Positions 1 through 8,734 of a stretch of 64,000 nt of DNA are shown here, one piece after another; the first letter of the stretch is position 1, and each line of letters starts with the position of its first letter. The DNA is from an uncultured Bacillales bacterium (GTDB lineage Bacteria > Bacillota_I > Bacilli_A > RF39 > UBA660). The translations under genes were made by a program, and so were the position numbers. Location: positions 6,315 to 70,314 of the forward strand of contig CAOJRT010000003.1 in NCBI GenBank assembly GCA_948442255.1. The letters run 5' to 3'. Below the pieces are notes generated by a model that saw only the letters and a program-made list of their open reading frames with translations, searched no databases and was not told the DNA's origin.

Positions 1-318
1 TGGTTTCCTATCAATAAAATACCACCTCTTGGGTATGATCATAATGAAATACTAGAGGAAGCGATTAAGGAGTTACGTGTCCAAATTGTAAAAAGTAATA
101 TTTTGAAAAGTTTATTTCCTGATGGAGTTACTTTACCTGAATTACAAAAAACTTATGAAGCGATTTTAAATAAGAAATTTGATCGACGAAATTTTAGAAA
201 GAAAATGTTAAGTTTGGACTTGATTGAAGATACGAATTTAACAGACCGATTTGAAGGAAATAAGCCAGCCAAGCTGTATCGCTTTAAAAAACAAATTGAG
301 AATAAGGAAATCTTTTAG
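1..318 (+). CDS. NUDIX/NrtR-like regulator, C-terminal winged-helix part (5' end outside window)
   Basis: Frame 1 is open from nt 1 to the stop at 316-318. The tail FDRRNFRKKMLSLDLIED...KPAKLYRFKK resembles the DNA-binding C-terminal domain of Nudix-related NrtR-type proteins. Confidence 0.5.
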   Translation, partial: WFPINKIPPLGYDHNEILEEAIKELRVQIVKSNILKSLFPDGVTLPELQKTYEAILNKKFDRRNFRKKMLSLDLIEDTNLTDRFEGNKPAKLYRFKKQIENKEIF

Positions 319-342
319 ATTAAGATTAAGAGGTAATTAAAT

Positions 343-600
343 ATGCAGATATTAAAAAAAATCAAAATTGGGCATACTGATTATTATATTATTGTTGATG
401 TAGAATATAAAAAAAATGAAAAAGGTTTTCCTATTTTGAGGCTTAAAAATTATAAAGATGACTATTGGGATGTTGGAGATTGTTCTATTTTAATTGAAGA
501 AGTAGAAAAAAGTTATACCTTAGAAAAGGCAAAACAATATGATGACAATATTAGCTTTATGGCTGATGTTTTATATATTTATGATAGAATTCCTTTATAA
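343..600 (+). CDS. hypothetical protein (85 aa)
   Basis: ATG preceded by AAGAGG RBS. No recognisable motif. A start-less open frame continues downstream in another frame (see findings). Confidence 0.45.
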   Translation: MQILKKIKIGHTDYYIIVDVEYKKNEKGFPILRLKNYKDDYWDVGDCSILIEEVEKSYTLEKAKQYDDNISFMADVLYIYDRIPL

Positions 601-790
601 GTTGTATAAAAAATATTTATATCTCTAAAAATGATATCATCCCTTATTCAGAAGGATATATTTCTAAAGACGATATAGAGGAATATATTAAAGGATTTAA
701 TGTGAAAATGAATTGTAATCTGCACTTTAAACTGAATGATGTCAATACTTGGCAATTATAAGTTTATTTAGCTATAAAATATTTTTTCAT

Positions 791-818
791 AAAAAAAGTA
801 CTATTTTGTACTTTTTTT
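791..818. terminator. bidirectional rho-independent terminator hairpin
   Basis: AAAAAAAGTAC-TATTTT-GTACTTTTTTT: an A-run/T-run flanked stem lying between the convergent genes that end at 600 and 835. Confidence 0.6.
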
Positions 819-834
819 CGTGATAATGCTTTCT

Positions 835-3105
835 TTATTTGGAGCGTTTAGAATATCTTTTTTTTATAGAATAGATTAGAATAGAAAGGAAAGTTCCTAA
901 AGAAAGGAGAATAGAAGGGAGGTAGTTTGATTGGTATTTTAAGGAAATGGTGTGCGTTCCTTCACTAACTTCTATGCCAAGTAAACTATTTAATAGGCGA
1001 ATTGGTTCTGTTTCTTTTCCATCTACAAGTATTTTCCAATCTTTATCATAAGGAATAGAAGTAAAGATGATTTGGTTTTGTTCTACTTCGATTTTCCCTT
1101 CTAAATGGTTATCTTCATAATGCGTATAGTGAATCTGGTTTTTCTTTAAAAATGCATAAGCACTCTTTAGTTTTTCTTCATTTAGCTCGTAGAGGATTAT
1201 CTTGTCGTCCGTTGCCATCTTTTTTTCAATCGAAAGCGTTTGGAACTCTTGGGTATATGTTTCTAATTGATTGTCATATTCTACTTCAAAAGTATATACT
1301 TTTGGAGCATCTAACTCATAGTAATAGTATGTTTCGTCTTCCTTGGTAGGTGATAATTCTATTTTGTCATATAATCCAGTAATTCCTGTCATTGTCTCAA
1401 TGATATTACTTTTGGTGATAGCAGGATTTACTTGATCATAGTCAAGAAGAGTAAGGTCTTTATTGACAGCAAATATTTTTTCTAAAGTATAAGTTCCTTC
1501 TATATTAAGAAGCATTTTGGTATCTTCTTCTGTTTTATAAGAACAAAGGGTGCGATTGATTCCATTGGTAGGGCAACCCAAAGCACTTGTAAGAGAGATT
1601 ATCTGGTTATATCCCATTGAAGTAAATATATTGGTTGTTTTTGTATTTGTATATAAGTTGTAGTTTACTGATTTTTTTAGTTCTTCTTCTGTACTTGTTT
1701 TTCTATAATTTGTATTTTCTGTTTGAAAGTCTTTTATACTATATTTATCGTTTGTTGTAATCGGTTCTAAAGAAATGGTAAAGGCAAGTAGGCTTTCCAC
1801 GCTGATTAGAAGAATTAATAGAACGCTTTTGGGCTTGCTTTTTTTATAGGTGAGAAAATAAAAGGCAATGCCCAAAAGGAAGATTAAGTTAAAAAAGAAT
1901 AAAGATTGTTTTAAGTTTTTATATTCGAGTAAAAGTACTATAAGTACAATTCCTAGAATAATGTAAATCTTTTTGTCTATTTTTCCTTCAAAAGTTTGAT
2001 AATTTTTTATTAGCAAATTTAACATATAAAAAGAGATGATAAAGGTGTAACGGAAAGGAAAACCAAGGGTTTGATGGAATCCATTAATCAAATGGTCAAA
2101 AGGAGGGAAGAAGAAAGCGAGTAAGATAATTAATAAGGCGATTAGAGATGTTATCTTTTCTTTTCTTTCTATTTTTTTGTTTATAAAAAAGTAGATGGTG
2201 TTTATTAAAAGAAGAGAGTTTACGCCAATATTAGGAAATGTATTACCGCTTATATAAGTCATTCTGTTAGTAGTACCATAAAGAAAAGATTTTATAAAGT
2301 CAAAAAATGTTACTATATAATTATTCGTTTCCCCTGTATTTATATTTATTCCCATTTTTAAGAAAGAATCGAAGATGGCATACAAATAAAAGGAAATTAA
2401 TAAGAAAGATATACAAGTACTTAAAAAAATTAATTCAAAAGAATAGAGGCTCTCTTTTTTCGTTCTTTTTTCTTTTATTAGATAAAATATAAAATAGAAA
2501 ATTGTATAAACTGATACTAAAAAGGCCATATAGAAGTTTGTAATATATAAATAAGCAAGTGTGAAAATATAGAGTAGACATTTTTTCTTATAAAGGATTT
2601 TTTCTAATCCTAATTGAAATAAAGGGAAGATTAAGAAAGCATCTAACCAAATATGATTAAAGTAATAAGCTAAAAACCAACCACAGAATACATAGGATAA
2701 AGTTCCTAAGGTTATCAAAGTATTTTTATTTAGTTTCTTTTTTAAATAATAGGTAGTTGTGATGGAGGTAAGGCCTATTTTTAATAGAGTTACACTTAAA
2801 TACATGCTATTTGGGGTATTAAAAAATAATGCTACTAAGTTTAGGGGACTTGCCAAATAATAAAGAAAATTAAAGATAGTCGGATTCCCTAAGCCATTTA
2901 AGAAGTTATAATTAGTTAAAGTATTTGTTTTTAAAGACATTATAAATTGGTATAACATTGGCTTATATTGTTCTTCGGCATCAGAAATAGTATAATCAAA
3001 TGTTTTAAAAGGATAAATCCCCTCCATCTTAAATGCTATAAGAATAATTCCAATAATAAGAAGTGTATTTATTAGATAAGGAAGTATCTTTTTTAATTTC
3101 GTCAT
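835..3105 (-). CDS. YfhO-family-like polytopic membrane protein (putative glycosyl carrier/glycosyltransferase)
   Basis: 756 aa. Many hydrophobic helices over the first ~450 aa, a soluble extracytoplasmic domain, then a terminal TM helix plus KKRYSKRSK. Size and topology are typical of YfhO. Confidence 0.6.
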   Translation of the reverse strand: MTKLKKILPYLINTLLIIGIILIAFKMEGIYPFKTFDYTISDAEEQYKPMLYQFIMSLKTNTLTNYNFLNGLGNPTIFNFLYYLASPLNLVALFFNTPNSMYLSVTLLKIGLTSITTTYYLKKKLNKNTLITLGTLSYVFCGWFLAYYFNHIWLDAFLIFPLFQLGLEKILYKKKCLLYIFTLAYLYITNFYMAFLVSVYTIFYFIFYLIKEKRTKKESLYSFELIFLSTCISFLLISFYLYAIFDSFLKMGININTGETNNYIVTFFDFIKSFLYGTTNRMTYISGNTFPNIGVNSLLLINTIYFFINKKIERKEKITSLIALLIILLAFFFPPFDHLINGFHQTLGFPFRYTFIISFYMLNLLIKNYQTFEGKIDKKIYIILGIVLIVLLLEYKNLKQSLFFFNLIFLLGIAFYFLTYKKSKPKSVLLILLISVESLLAFTISLEPITTNDKYSIKDFQTENTNYRKTSTEEELKKSVNYNLYTNTKTTNIFTSMGYNQIISLTSALGCPTNGINRTLCSYKTEEDTKMLLNIEGTYTLEKIFAVNKDLTLLDYDQVNPAITKSNIIETMTGITGLYDKIELSPTKEDETYYYYELDAPKVYTFEVEYDNQLETYTQEFQTLSIEKKMATDDKIILYELNEEKLKSAYAFLKKNQIHYTHYEDNHLEGKIEVEQNQIIFTSIPYDKDWKILVDGKETEPIRLLNSLLGIEVSEGTHTISLKYQSNYLPSILLSLGTFLSILIYSIKKRYSKRSK

Positions 3106-3185
3106 AATATCACCAAATTTATTATAACATATTTTAATTCGACAAAATTAGATGAGTTCATGTTTTATTTTTTTATAGAGGTGAA

Positions 3186-3371
3186 ATGATGAAAGTGAAA
3201 GTATTTGATGAAAATCATGAGAAGGATTTAGAAAATAGTATTAATGAATTTCTTAAAGGGCGTAATTGTGATATAATTGATATCAAGTATCAAGTGGCCA
3301 TTACAATGTTTGGAGAAGATCAGATTTATTGTTTTTCCGCTATGGTAATATATAATGAAGAAGTGGGTTAA
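3186..3371 (+). CDS. cse60: sporulation protein Cse60-like
   Basis: ~60 aa. KVKVFDENHEKDLENSINEFL...IIDIKYQV matches my memory of the Cse60/YteV family. GAGGTG RBS. Confidence 0.65.
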   Translation: MMKVKVFDENHEKDLENSINEFLKGRNCDIIDIKYQVAITMFGEDQIYCFSAMVIYNEEVG

Positions 3372-3372
3372 T

Positions 3373-5016
3373 ATGAAAAGAAGTTCTTTTGTAGAAGGTA
3401 CATTAATTGCAACGTTTGCTATTGTTTTTACAAAAATATTGGGAATGCTTTACGTTATTCCTTATTATGCAATGATTGGAGTACAAGGAAGTGCCTTATA
3501 TGCTTATGCTTATAATATTTATGTTATCTTTTTAGATATATCAAGTGCAGGGTTACCTATTGCTATCAGTAAAATCATCAATGAATATAATACATTAGGC
3601 CTTATGGATGCAAAAAAAAGAGCTTATGGAATTGGGAAACGGATTATGCTTTTTTTGTCTGTTTCTATTTTTGTCATTTTGATGGTATTTGCTAATCCTA
3701 TTGCTCATGCTTTACTTGGGGATTTAAGTGGTGGGAATACTATTGAGGATGTTGCTTTTTGTATTCGTTGTGTCTCTTTTGCGATTTTGATTATCCCTTT
3801 TTTAAGTGTGACGAAAGGCTATTTACAAGGACATAATATTATTAATGTATCTAGTTTTAGTCAAGTTATAGAACAAGTGGTCCGTATTGGCATTATTTTA
3901 ATAGGAACCTATTTGGTATTGTATGTTTTTCATGGAAGTGTAACACTTTCTGTTGGAATTGCTATGTTAGGAGCGTTTGTTGCAGGTATTGTTGCTTATC
4001 TTTACATACGGCTTAAAATGAATCGTGATACAAATCCTGATTTACTTTTTGTAGGCGAATATAAAAAAGATGCTATCTCTAATAAAGAGATAACAAAAAA
4101 GATATTTAGTTATGCTATCCCCTTTATTATAATAAATATTGTTAGTAGTTGTTATAATTTTATTGATATGACGTTATTACTTCGTACGTTAAATTATTTG
4201 GAACTTCCTACAGCTGATATTGAATTTGTTACCAGTACTGTTTCTACTTGGGCTCCTAAGATAAATATGATTGTTACAAGTATAGCAATGGGAATGAGTA
4301 CAAGTTTTATTCCAACTATGGTTCATCATTATACACTTAAAAACTGGGAACAAGTCAATCAAAAATTTAATCAAGCTTTACAGATTTTGTTATTTGTTTC
4401 TATTCCAATGACTTTAGGTATTTCAATTCTTAGTGGGGCGATATGGGGTATATTTTATAACTACCAACTTTATGGACAATACATTCTTGCTTTGAATGTC
4501 TTTACAGGTTTATTTATTAATATTTATATGATAGCTTCTAGTGCTTTACAAGGACTGAATAAGTTTAAATTAGTTTATATTTCAACTATTACTGGTTTTG
4601 TTAGTAATGCGCTATTGGATGTTCCTCTTATTTTACTATTTCATACTATAGGAATTCCACCTTTTTTAGGAGCAGTAAGTGCGAGTATTTTAGGGTATGG
4701 TATTAGTATACTTATTACTTTGATTTCTTTAAAGAAAGAGTGCAATTTGAAATATACAGCGACTTTTAAGACGCTAGGGAAAATGCTTATTCCTTTGGTT
4801 TTTATGATAATCGTTGTCTTTATTGGGATGCAAGTAATTCCAGTTAATTTATATAGTAGAGGAAGTTGTATTCTTTATGTAGGTATTCTTTCTTTTCTTG
4901 GAGGGATTGTATATTTCTTTTTATCCTTTAAGATGGGAATTATTACAGAAGTATTTGGTAAGAAAATGACAAATTCTATATTAAAAAAACTTACCTTTGG
5001 TAAGATAAGTATTTAA
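3373..5016 (+). CDS. MOP-superfamily flippase (MurJ/SpoVB/YtgP-like polysaccharide biosynthesis protein)
   Basis: ~547 aa with about 14 hydrophobic segments. N-terminus KRSSFVEGTLIATFAIVFTKILGMLYVIPY is typical of YtgP/SpoVB-type flippases. Alternative upstream ATG at 3355. Confidence 0.75.
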   Translation: MKRSSFVEGTLIATFAIVFTKILGMLYVIPYYAMIGVQGSALYAYAYNIYVIFLDISSAGLPIAISKIINEYNTLGLMDAKKRAYGIGKRIMLFLSVSIFVILMVFANPIAHALLGDLSGGNTIEDVAFCIRCVSFAILIIPFLSVTKGYLQGHNIINVSSFSQVIEQVVRIGIILIGTYLVLYVFHGSVTLSVGIAMLGAFVAGIVAYLYIRLKMNRDTNPDLLFVGEYKKDAISNKEITKKIFSYAIPFIIINIVSSCYNFIDMTLLLRTLNYLELPTADIEFVTSTVSTWAPKINMIVTSIAMGMSTSFIPTMVHHYTLKNWEQVNQKFNQALQILLFVSIPMTLGISILSGAIWGIFYNYQLYGQYILALNVFTGLFINIYMIASSALQGLNKFKLVYISTITGFVSNALLDVPLILLFHTIGIPPFLGAVSASILGYGISILITLISLKKECNLKYTATFKTLGKMLIPLVFMIIVVFIGMQVIPVNLYSRGSCILYVGILSFLGGIVYFFLSFKMGIITEVFGKKMTNSILKKLTFGKISI

Positions 5017-5321
5017 ATCATATACATATTAGTGTAGTTATTGGTTTCGGCGCTACTTCCACCTGACATATTTTCTAATTTGGAAATTCTAGAATCAAAA
5101 CGATTTAATTGTCTTTCTATTTTAGAAATTCTATTTTCTAAATCGCTACTTGTTGTATTCATGTTAGGACCAGCGTAGAAACTTGTTTGGGTATTGGCAG
5201 CTTGGTATGGACCGAATTGTTGAGTGTCCATCGTTGGCATTTGCATATTAGGCATATTAGGGACATAACTTGCTTGTTGGGCGTTATAGTTTGTGAAGAA
5301 AGTATTTCGATCTCTTTTCAT
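5013..5321 (-). CDS. hypothetical N/Q/M/P-rich protein with C-terminal coiled coil
   Basis: Strong AGGAGGAA RBS. Low-complexity N-terminal half, then heptad-like DLENRISKIERQLNRFDSRISKLEN. Confidence 0.5.
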   Translation of the reverse strand: MKRDRNTFFTNYNAQQASYVPNMPNMQMPTMDTQQFGPYQAANTQTSFYAGPNMNTTSSDLENRISKIERQLNRFDSRISKLENMSGGSSAETNNYTNMYMI

Positions 5322-5374
5322 AGGTATTCCTCCTCATTAAAAGTATATGTTAAGTTTTAGAAAGGTTGATAAAA

Positions 5375-6007
5375 ATGCGTCTTAGAAATGTGAAAAATGC
5401 GAAAGAGATTGTGGAAAAAAGTGCTTATGTTGTGCATGATAGTACTTCTCATAAAGGGAAGTTTGCAGAAGAAGTGTTTTTTAATAACAATCCGATTCAT
5501 TTAGAGATAGGAATGGGGAAAGGAAACTTTCTTATTGCTATGGCGAAAAAGTATCCTCATCTTAACTTTGTCGGTGTAGAACGATATGAAAGTGTTGTTT
5601 GTCGAGCACTAGAGAAGCTAGAAGAGGAGCATCTATTAAATTTAAAAATACTAGTAATGGATGCTTCATCTTTAGGGGAAGTCTTTGCCTCTGAAATTGA
5701 AACGATATATCTTAATTTTAGTGATCCTTGGCCAAAGAAAAGACATGCGAAGAGAAGACTTACTTCACTCGCTTTTTTGCCTATTTATGATGCTATTTGT
5801 AAGGAAGAAAAAATTATTGTGCAAAAAACAGATAATGTTTCTTTGTTTGAAAGTTCTATTGTTAGCTTATCTATTTATGGTTATAAAATAGAAGATATTT
5901 CTTTGTCGTTAGCTGATACCGATAAACCTAATTGTTTAACTGAGTATGAAGCTAAGTTTATGGAACAGGGGATTAAAATCAATTATCTTTATGCAAGAAA
6001 AAAATAA
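5375..6007 (+). CDS. trmB: tRNA (guanine46-N7)-methyltransferase
   Basis: EIGMGKGNF SAM-binding motif and NFSDPWPKKRHAKRRL signature. ATG at 5375 lies 10 nt after GAAAGG. Confidence 0.9.
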   Translation: MRLRNVKNAKEIVEKSAYVVHDSTSHKGKFAEEVFFNNNPIHLEIGMGKGNFLIAMAKKYPHLNFVGVERYESVVCRALEKLEEEHLLNLKILVMDASSLGEVFASEIETIYLNFSDPWPKKRHAKRRLTSLAFLPIYDAICKEEKIIVQKTDNVSLFESSIVSLSIYGYKIEDISLSLADTDKPNCLTEYEAKFMEQGIKINYLYARKK

Positions 6008-6063
6008 GTTTTCAAATAGAGGATAAAATGTTATAATTTTATTTGAAATATGGTGAGTCATTT

Positions 6064-6708
6064 ATGAAAAAAATAGTTATATTATTTCTTTTTCTTATAT
6101 TGTTTCTTTGTGGGTGTACGACTTTACAGGAACAATCTTTAGAAGAAATAATACAAGATGCTACAGAAAGCAATTTAAAAATATTTAATAAATATCGTAA
6201 GGGATATAAATATAATTTGCCAGAAGGATTAAGTGTTTTATCAAATTATGATTATAATGAAATATTAAGTGGGGGAGAGTATACTTATTATCTATATATA
6301 GATGGAGTTAGTTATTATAATAAAGTTATTGAAACGTATCATATACAAGAGGAATCTTTTGCTTCTATGCCGATTAATTTTGAAGAAAAATATGGGTACT
6401 TAGAAATAAATGAACTAAAAAGTGGGAAGTATTTTATTGAAATTATGTATAATTATGCTAAAATAGAAGTAATAGTAGAGAAATCTGACATAAAAAGAAG
6501 TTTGTCAAATGCTATTATGTTACTTTCTTCTATAGAGTTTAATGATAATATATTAAAGACTTTATTAGATGAAGATACTGCACAATTTAAGGAATTTGAA
6601 TTTAATATCTTTGAAACTGCTACTTCCGAAAGTGGTTATTTACAAGCTATTGAGGCGGATATATACAAGGAAGATGATGGCGTTCATGATTCTGACTTGA
6701 TTAATTAG
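6064..6708 (+). CDS. lipoprotein, function unknown
   Basis: MKKIVILFLFLILFLCGC lipobox signal. GGTGAG RBS before the ATG at 6064. Confidence 0.7.
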   Translation: MKKIVILFLFLILFLCGCTTLQEQSLEEIIQDATESNLKIFNKYRKGYKYNLPEGLSVLSNYDYNEILSGGEYTYYLYIDGVSYYNKVIETYHIQEESFASMPINFEEKYGYLEINELKSGKYFIEIMYNYAKIEVIVEKSDIKRSLSNAIMLLSSIEFNDNILKTLLDEDTAQFKEFEFNIFETATSESGYLQAIEADIYKEDDGVHDSDLIN

Positions 6709-6720
6709 AGGTGAAACGTA

Positions 6721-7935
6721 ATGGGATTATTTAATAAAATTAAAAATATTTTATTTGAAGATGATGAGATGGAAGAAATTCCAGTATTTACAAAAGAAGA
6801 AAAAGGGAAATTGAGAGAACAAACGAGTGATGAAAAGCCTATTTTGGAAGAAAGGAAAGTTGTTCCTGAACCAAAAGAAATTTTTGTTAAACATGATCCC
6901 ATAAAAGTTGATAATAATACACATTTTAGTAATGTAAAAAGAGATATTGATTTTTCTTATGAAGAGAAAAGCCTTCCTTCTATCACACAAGATATGGTAC
7001 CTAAAAAATTAGAAATGCCAAAACCAAAAGCTCCTGAAAAAAAAGAATCTCCTTTTATGTCTTTTGATGAAGATGAGTTTGAACGAATTAATGCGCATTT
7101 ATTACGTAACGAAAATCGTGAGAAAGAAGAAAAGAAAGAGCATATAAATGTTAAAAAAGGGAATTCTAATAAAGATAAATATAGTTTAGAGTCTAATACT
7201 AAACGACCATTTCGACCATCTCCTGTTATTTCACCTGTTTATGGTATTTTAGATAAGAATTATACAAAAGATGATATTGTTGATAAACAGGATGGAATTA
7301 AAAGAGAGATTATAAGACCTGTTATACGTAGAGAAATAGAAAGTGAAATGGTTAAGCAAGAAGAACCTTTTGAAGTCAATGTGGATAGTGTACGAAAAAA
7401 AGCTTTTGGCTCTTTAGAAGATTTAGAAAAAAGAGCGTTAGATGTACAAGAAAGTTTAATTTCTGTCGAGGAAGAAATTGTTGAATTACCTGCTTACCAA
7501 GAAGTTCCTTTACAAACAGAAGAGAGCATTTCTACATATAATGATAATGAGATAGAAGAGATTCCTTATGAAGATGAAAAGGATTCTATTTTAGAACATT
7601 TGAAAAAAGATATATTAGAAGATGAAGAAGAGTCAGTAGAATCTATTCTAGATAAAGCTCCTTTATTAGAAGAAGACGAGATTGTAAATGAAGTGCCAGA
7701 AGAACAGGTTAGAGGACGAATTTTAGATGATATGGAAAAAACAAGCACTTTACAAATACTTGACGATATTGAAAAGGAATTAAATGCAATTAAACCAATT
7801 ACCAAAGAATATAAGGGAGAAGAGTCTTTGACAGAAAAAGAACGATTAGAGAAAAATGATACATTGGAGAATGATTTGTTTGATTTAATTGATTCGATGT
7901 ATGAAGAGGGAGAGGAGGAAGAAGATAATGATTAG
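6721..7935 (+). CDS. highly acidic hypothetical protein (404 aa)
   Basis: GAGGTG RBS. E/D/K-rich low-complexity protein with no TM segment. Its end overlaps the next gene. Confidence 0.6.
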   Translation: MGLFNKIKNILFEDDEMEEIPVFTKEEKGKLREQTSDEKPILEERKVVPEPKEIFVKHDPIKVDNNTHFSNVKRDIDFSYEEKSLPSITQDMVPKKLEMPKPKAPEKKESPFMSFDEDEFERINAHLLRNENREKEEKKEHINVKKGNSNKDKYSLESNTKRPFRPSPVISPVYGILDKNYTKDDIVDKQDGIKREIIRPVIRREIESEMVKQEEPFEVNVDSVRKKAFGSLEDLEKRALDVQESLISVEEEIVELPAYQEVPLQTEESISTYNDNEIEEIPYEDEKDSILEHLKKDILEDEEESVESILDKAPLLEEDEIVNEVPEEQVRGRILDDMEKTSTLQILDDIEKELNAIKPITKEYKGEESLTEKERLEKNDTLENDLFDLIDSMYEEGEEEEDND

Positions 7936-8221
7936 TACTTTACAAACTATTTTACCTATAATTATTTACTTTTTATTAATAATTTTGATAGTTGTTGGCA
8001 TAATATTAGGTATAAGAGCGATACAAACTCTGAATAAGGTCGATCGTGTTGTAGATGATGTTAATGATAAAGTTCAGTCTTTGAATGGATTCTTTCACTT
8101 AATTGATTTTACAACAGATAAGATTGTTTCTATTACAGATAGAGTAGTAGAAGGTGTCTCTGGACTTATAGGACATATCTTTAAGAAAAGAGAAAAAAAT
8201 AAAAATAAGGAGGAATTATAA
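7928..8221 (+). CDS. small membrane protein, DUF948/YtxG-like
   Basis: GAGGAGGAAG RBS. One N-terminal TM helix followed by a helical region. Sits immediately upstream of a YtxH-like gene, as in Bacillus. Confidence 0.5.
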   Translation: MISTLQTILPIIIYFLLIILIVVGIILGIRAIQTLNKVDRVVDDVNDKVQSLNGFFHLIDFTTDKIVSITDRVVEGVSGLIGHIFKKREKNKNKEEL

Positions 8222-8646
8222 TGAAAAAAAGTAAGATGGGAACATTTATTGCAGGAGCTGCTGTTGGTGTTGGATTAGGTTTTTTATTCGCACCTAAATC
8301 TGGAGCTGAAACAAGAGCAGATTTAAAACAAAAATTAGATGAGTTAGTTAATAAAGTGAAAGATATTGATATGAAAGAAGTGAAAGAATCTTTTATGAAC
8401 AAAATAGAAGATATCAAAGCAGAATTAGCTGATCTTGACAAGGAAAAAGTCGTTTCTATTGCGAAAGAAAAAGCGGAAAACATTAAGAAAAAGCTAGATC
8501 AATTAGCAAAAGAAGCAAAAGATAAAGCATCTCCTGTTATTCAAAAAACAGTTGATGATTTAAGAAATAAAACAATTTCTGTTTTGAAAGATACAGTGAA
8601 GAAATTAGAAGCTACTGAGAAAAAAGAACCTAAAAAGGCAAAATAA
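8221..8646 (+). CDS. YtxH-domain protein
   Basis: GTFIAGAAVGVGLGFLFAPKSGAETRADLKQKL is the hallmark YtxH N-terminus. The rest is coiled-coil. TAATG overlap with the previous gene. Confidence 0.7.
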   Translation: MKKSKMGTFIAGAAVGVGLGFLFAPKSGAETRADLKQKLDELVNKVKDIDMKEVKESFMNKIEDIKAELADLDKEKVVSIAKEKAENIKKKLDQLAKEAKDKASPVIQKTVDDLRNKTISVLKDTVKKLEATEKKEPKKAK

Positions 8647-8657
8647 TATGCTTATTT

Positions 8658-8681
8658 ACTACTTGTTTAAGTAGTTTTTTT
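8658..8681 (+). terminator. rho-independent terminator
   Basis: ACTACTT-GTTT-AAGTAGT followed by a T-run, directly after the ytxH-like stop. Confidence 0.7.
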
Positions 8682-8734
8682 GTTGTAAAAAATGTCTCTT
8701 AATGATATGATTATAAAGAGTAAGGAAGATTGTT

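Noticed and set aside
1152-8483. Antisense or embedded ORFs in the left part (1152-1349, 2307-2492, 4189-4374, 5685-5891, 6705-6990, 7566-7805, 8181-8483)
   Set aside because: Each lies within a longer, motif-supported gene on the opposite strand or in another frame.
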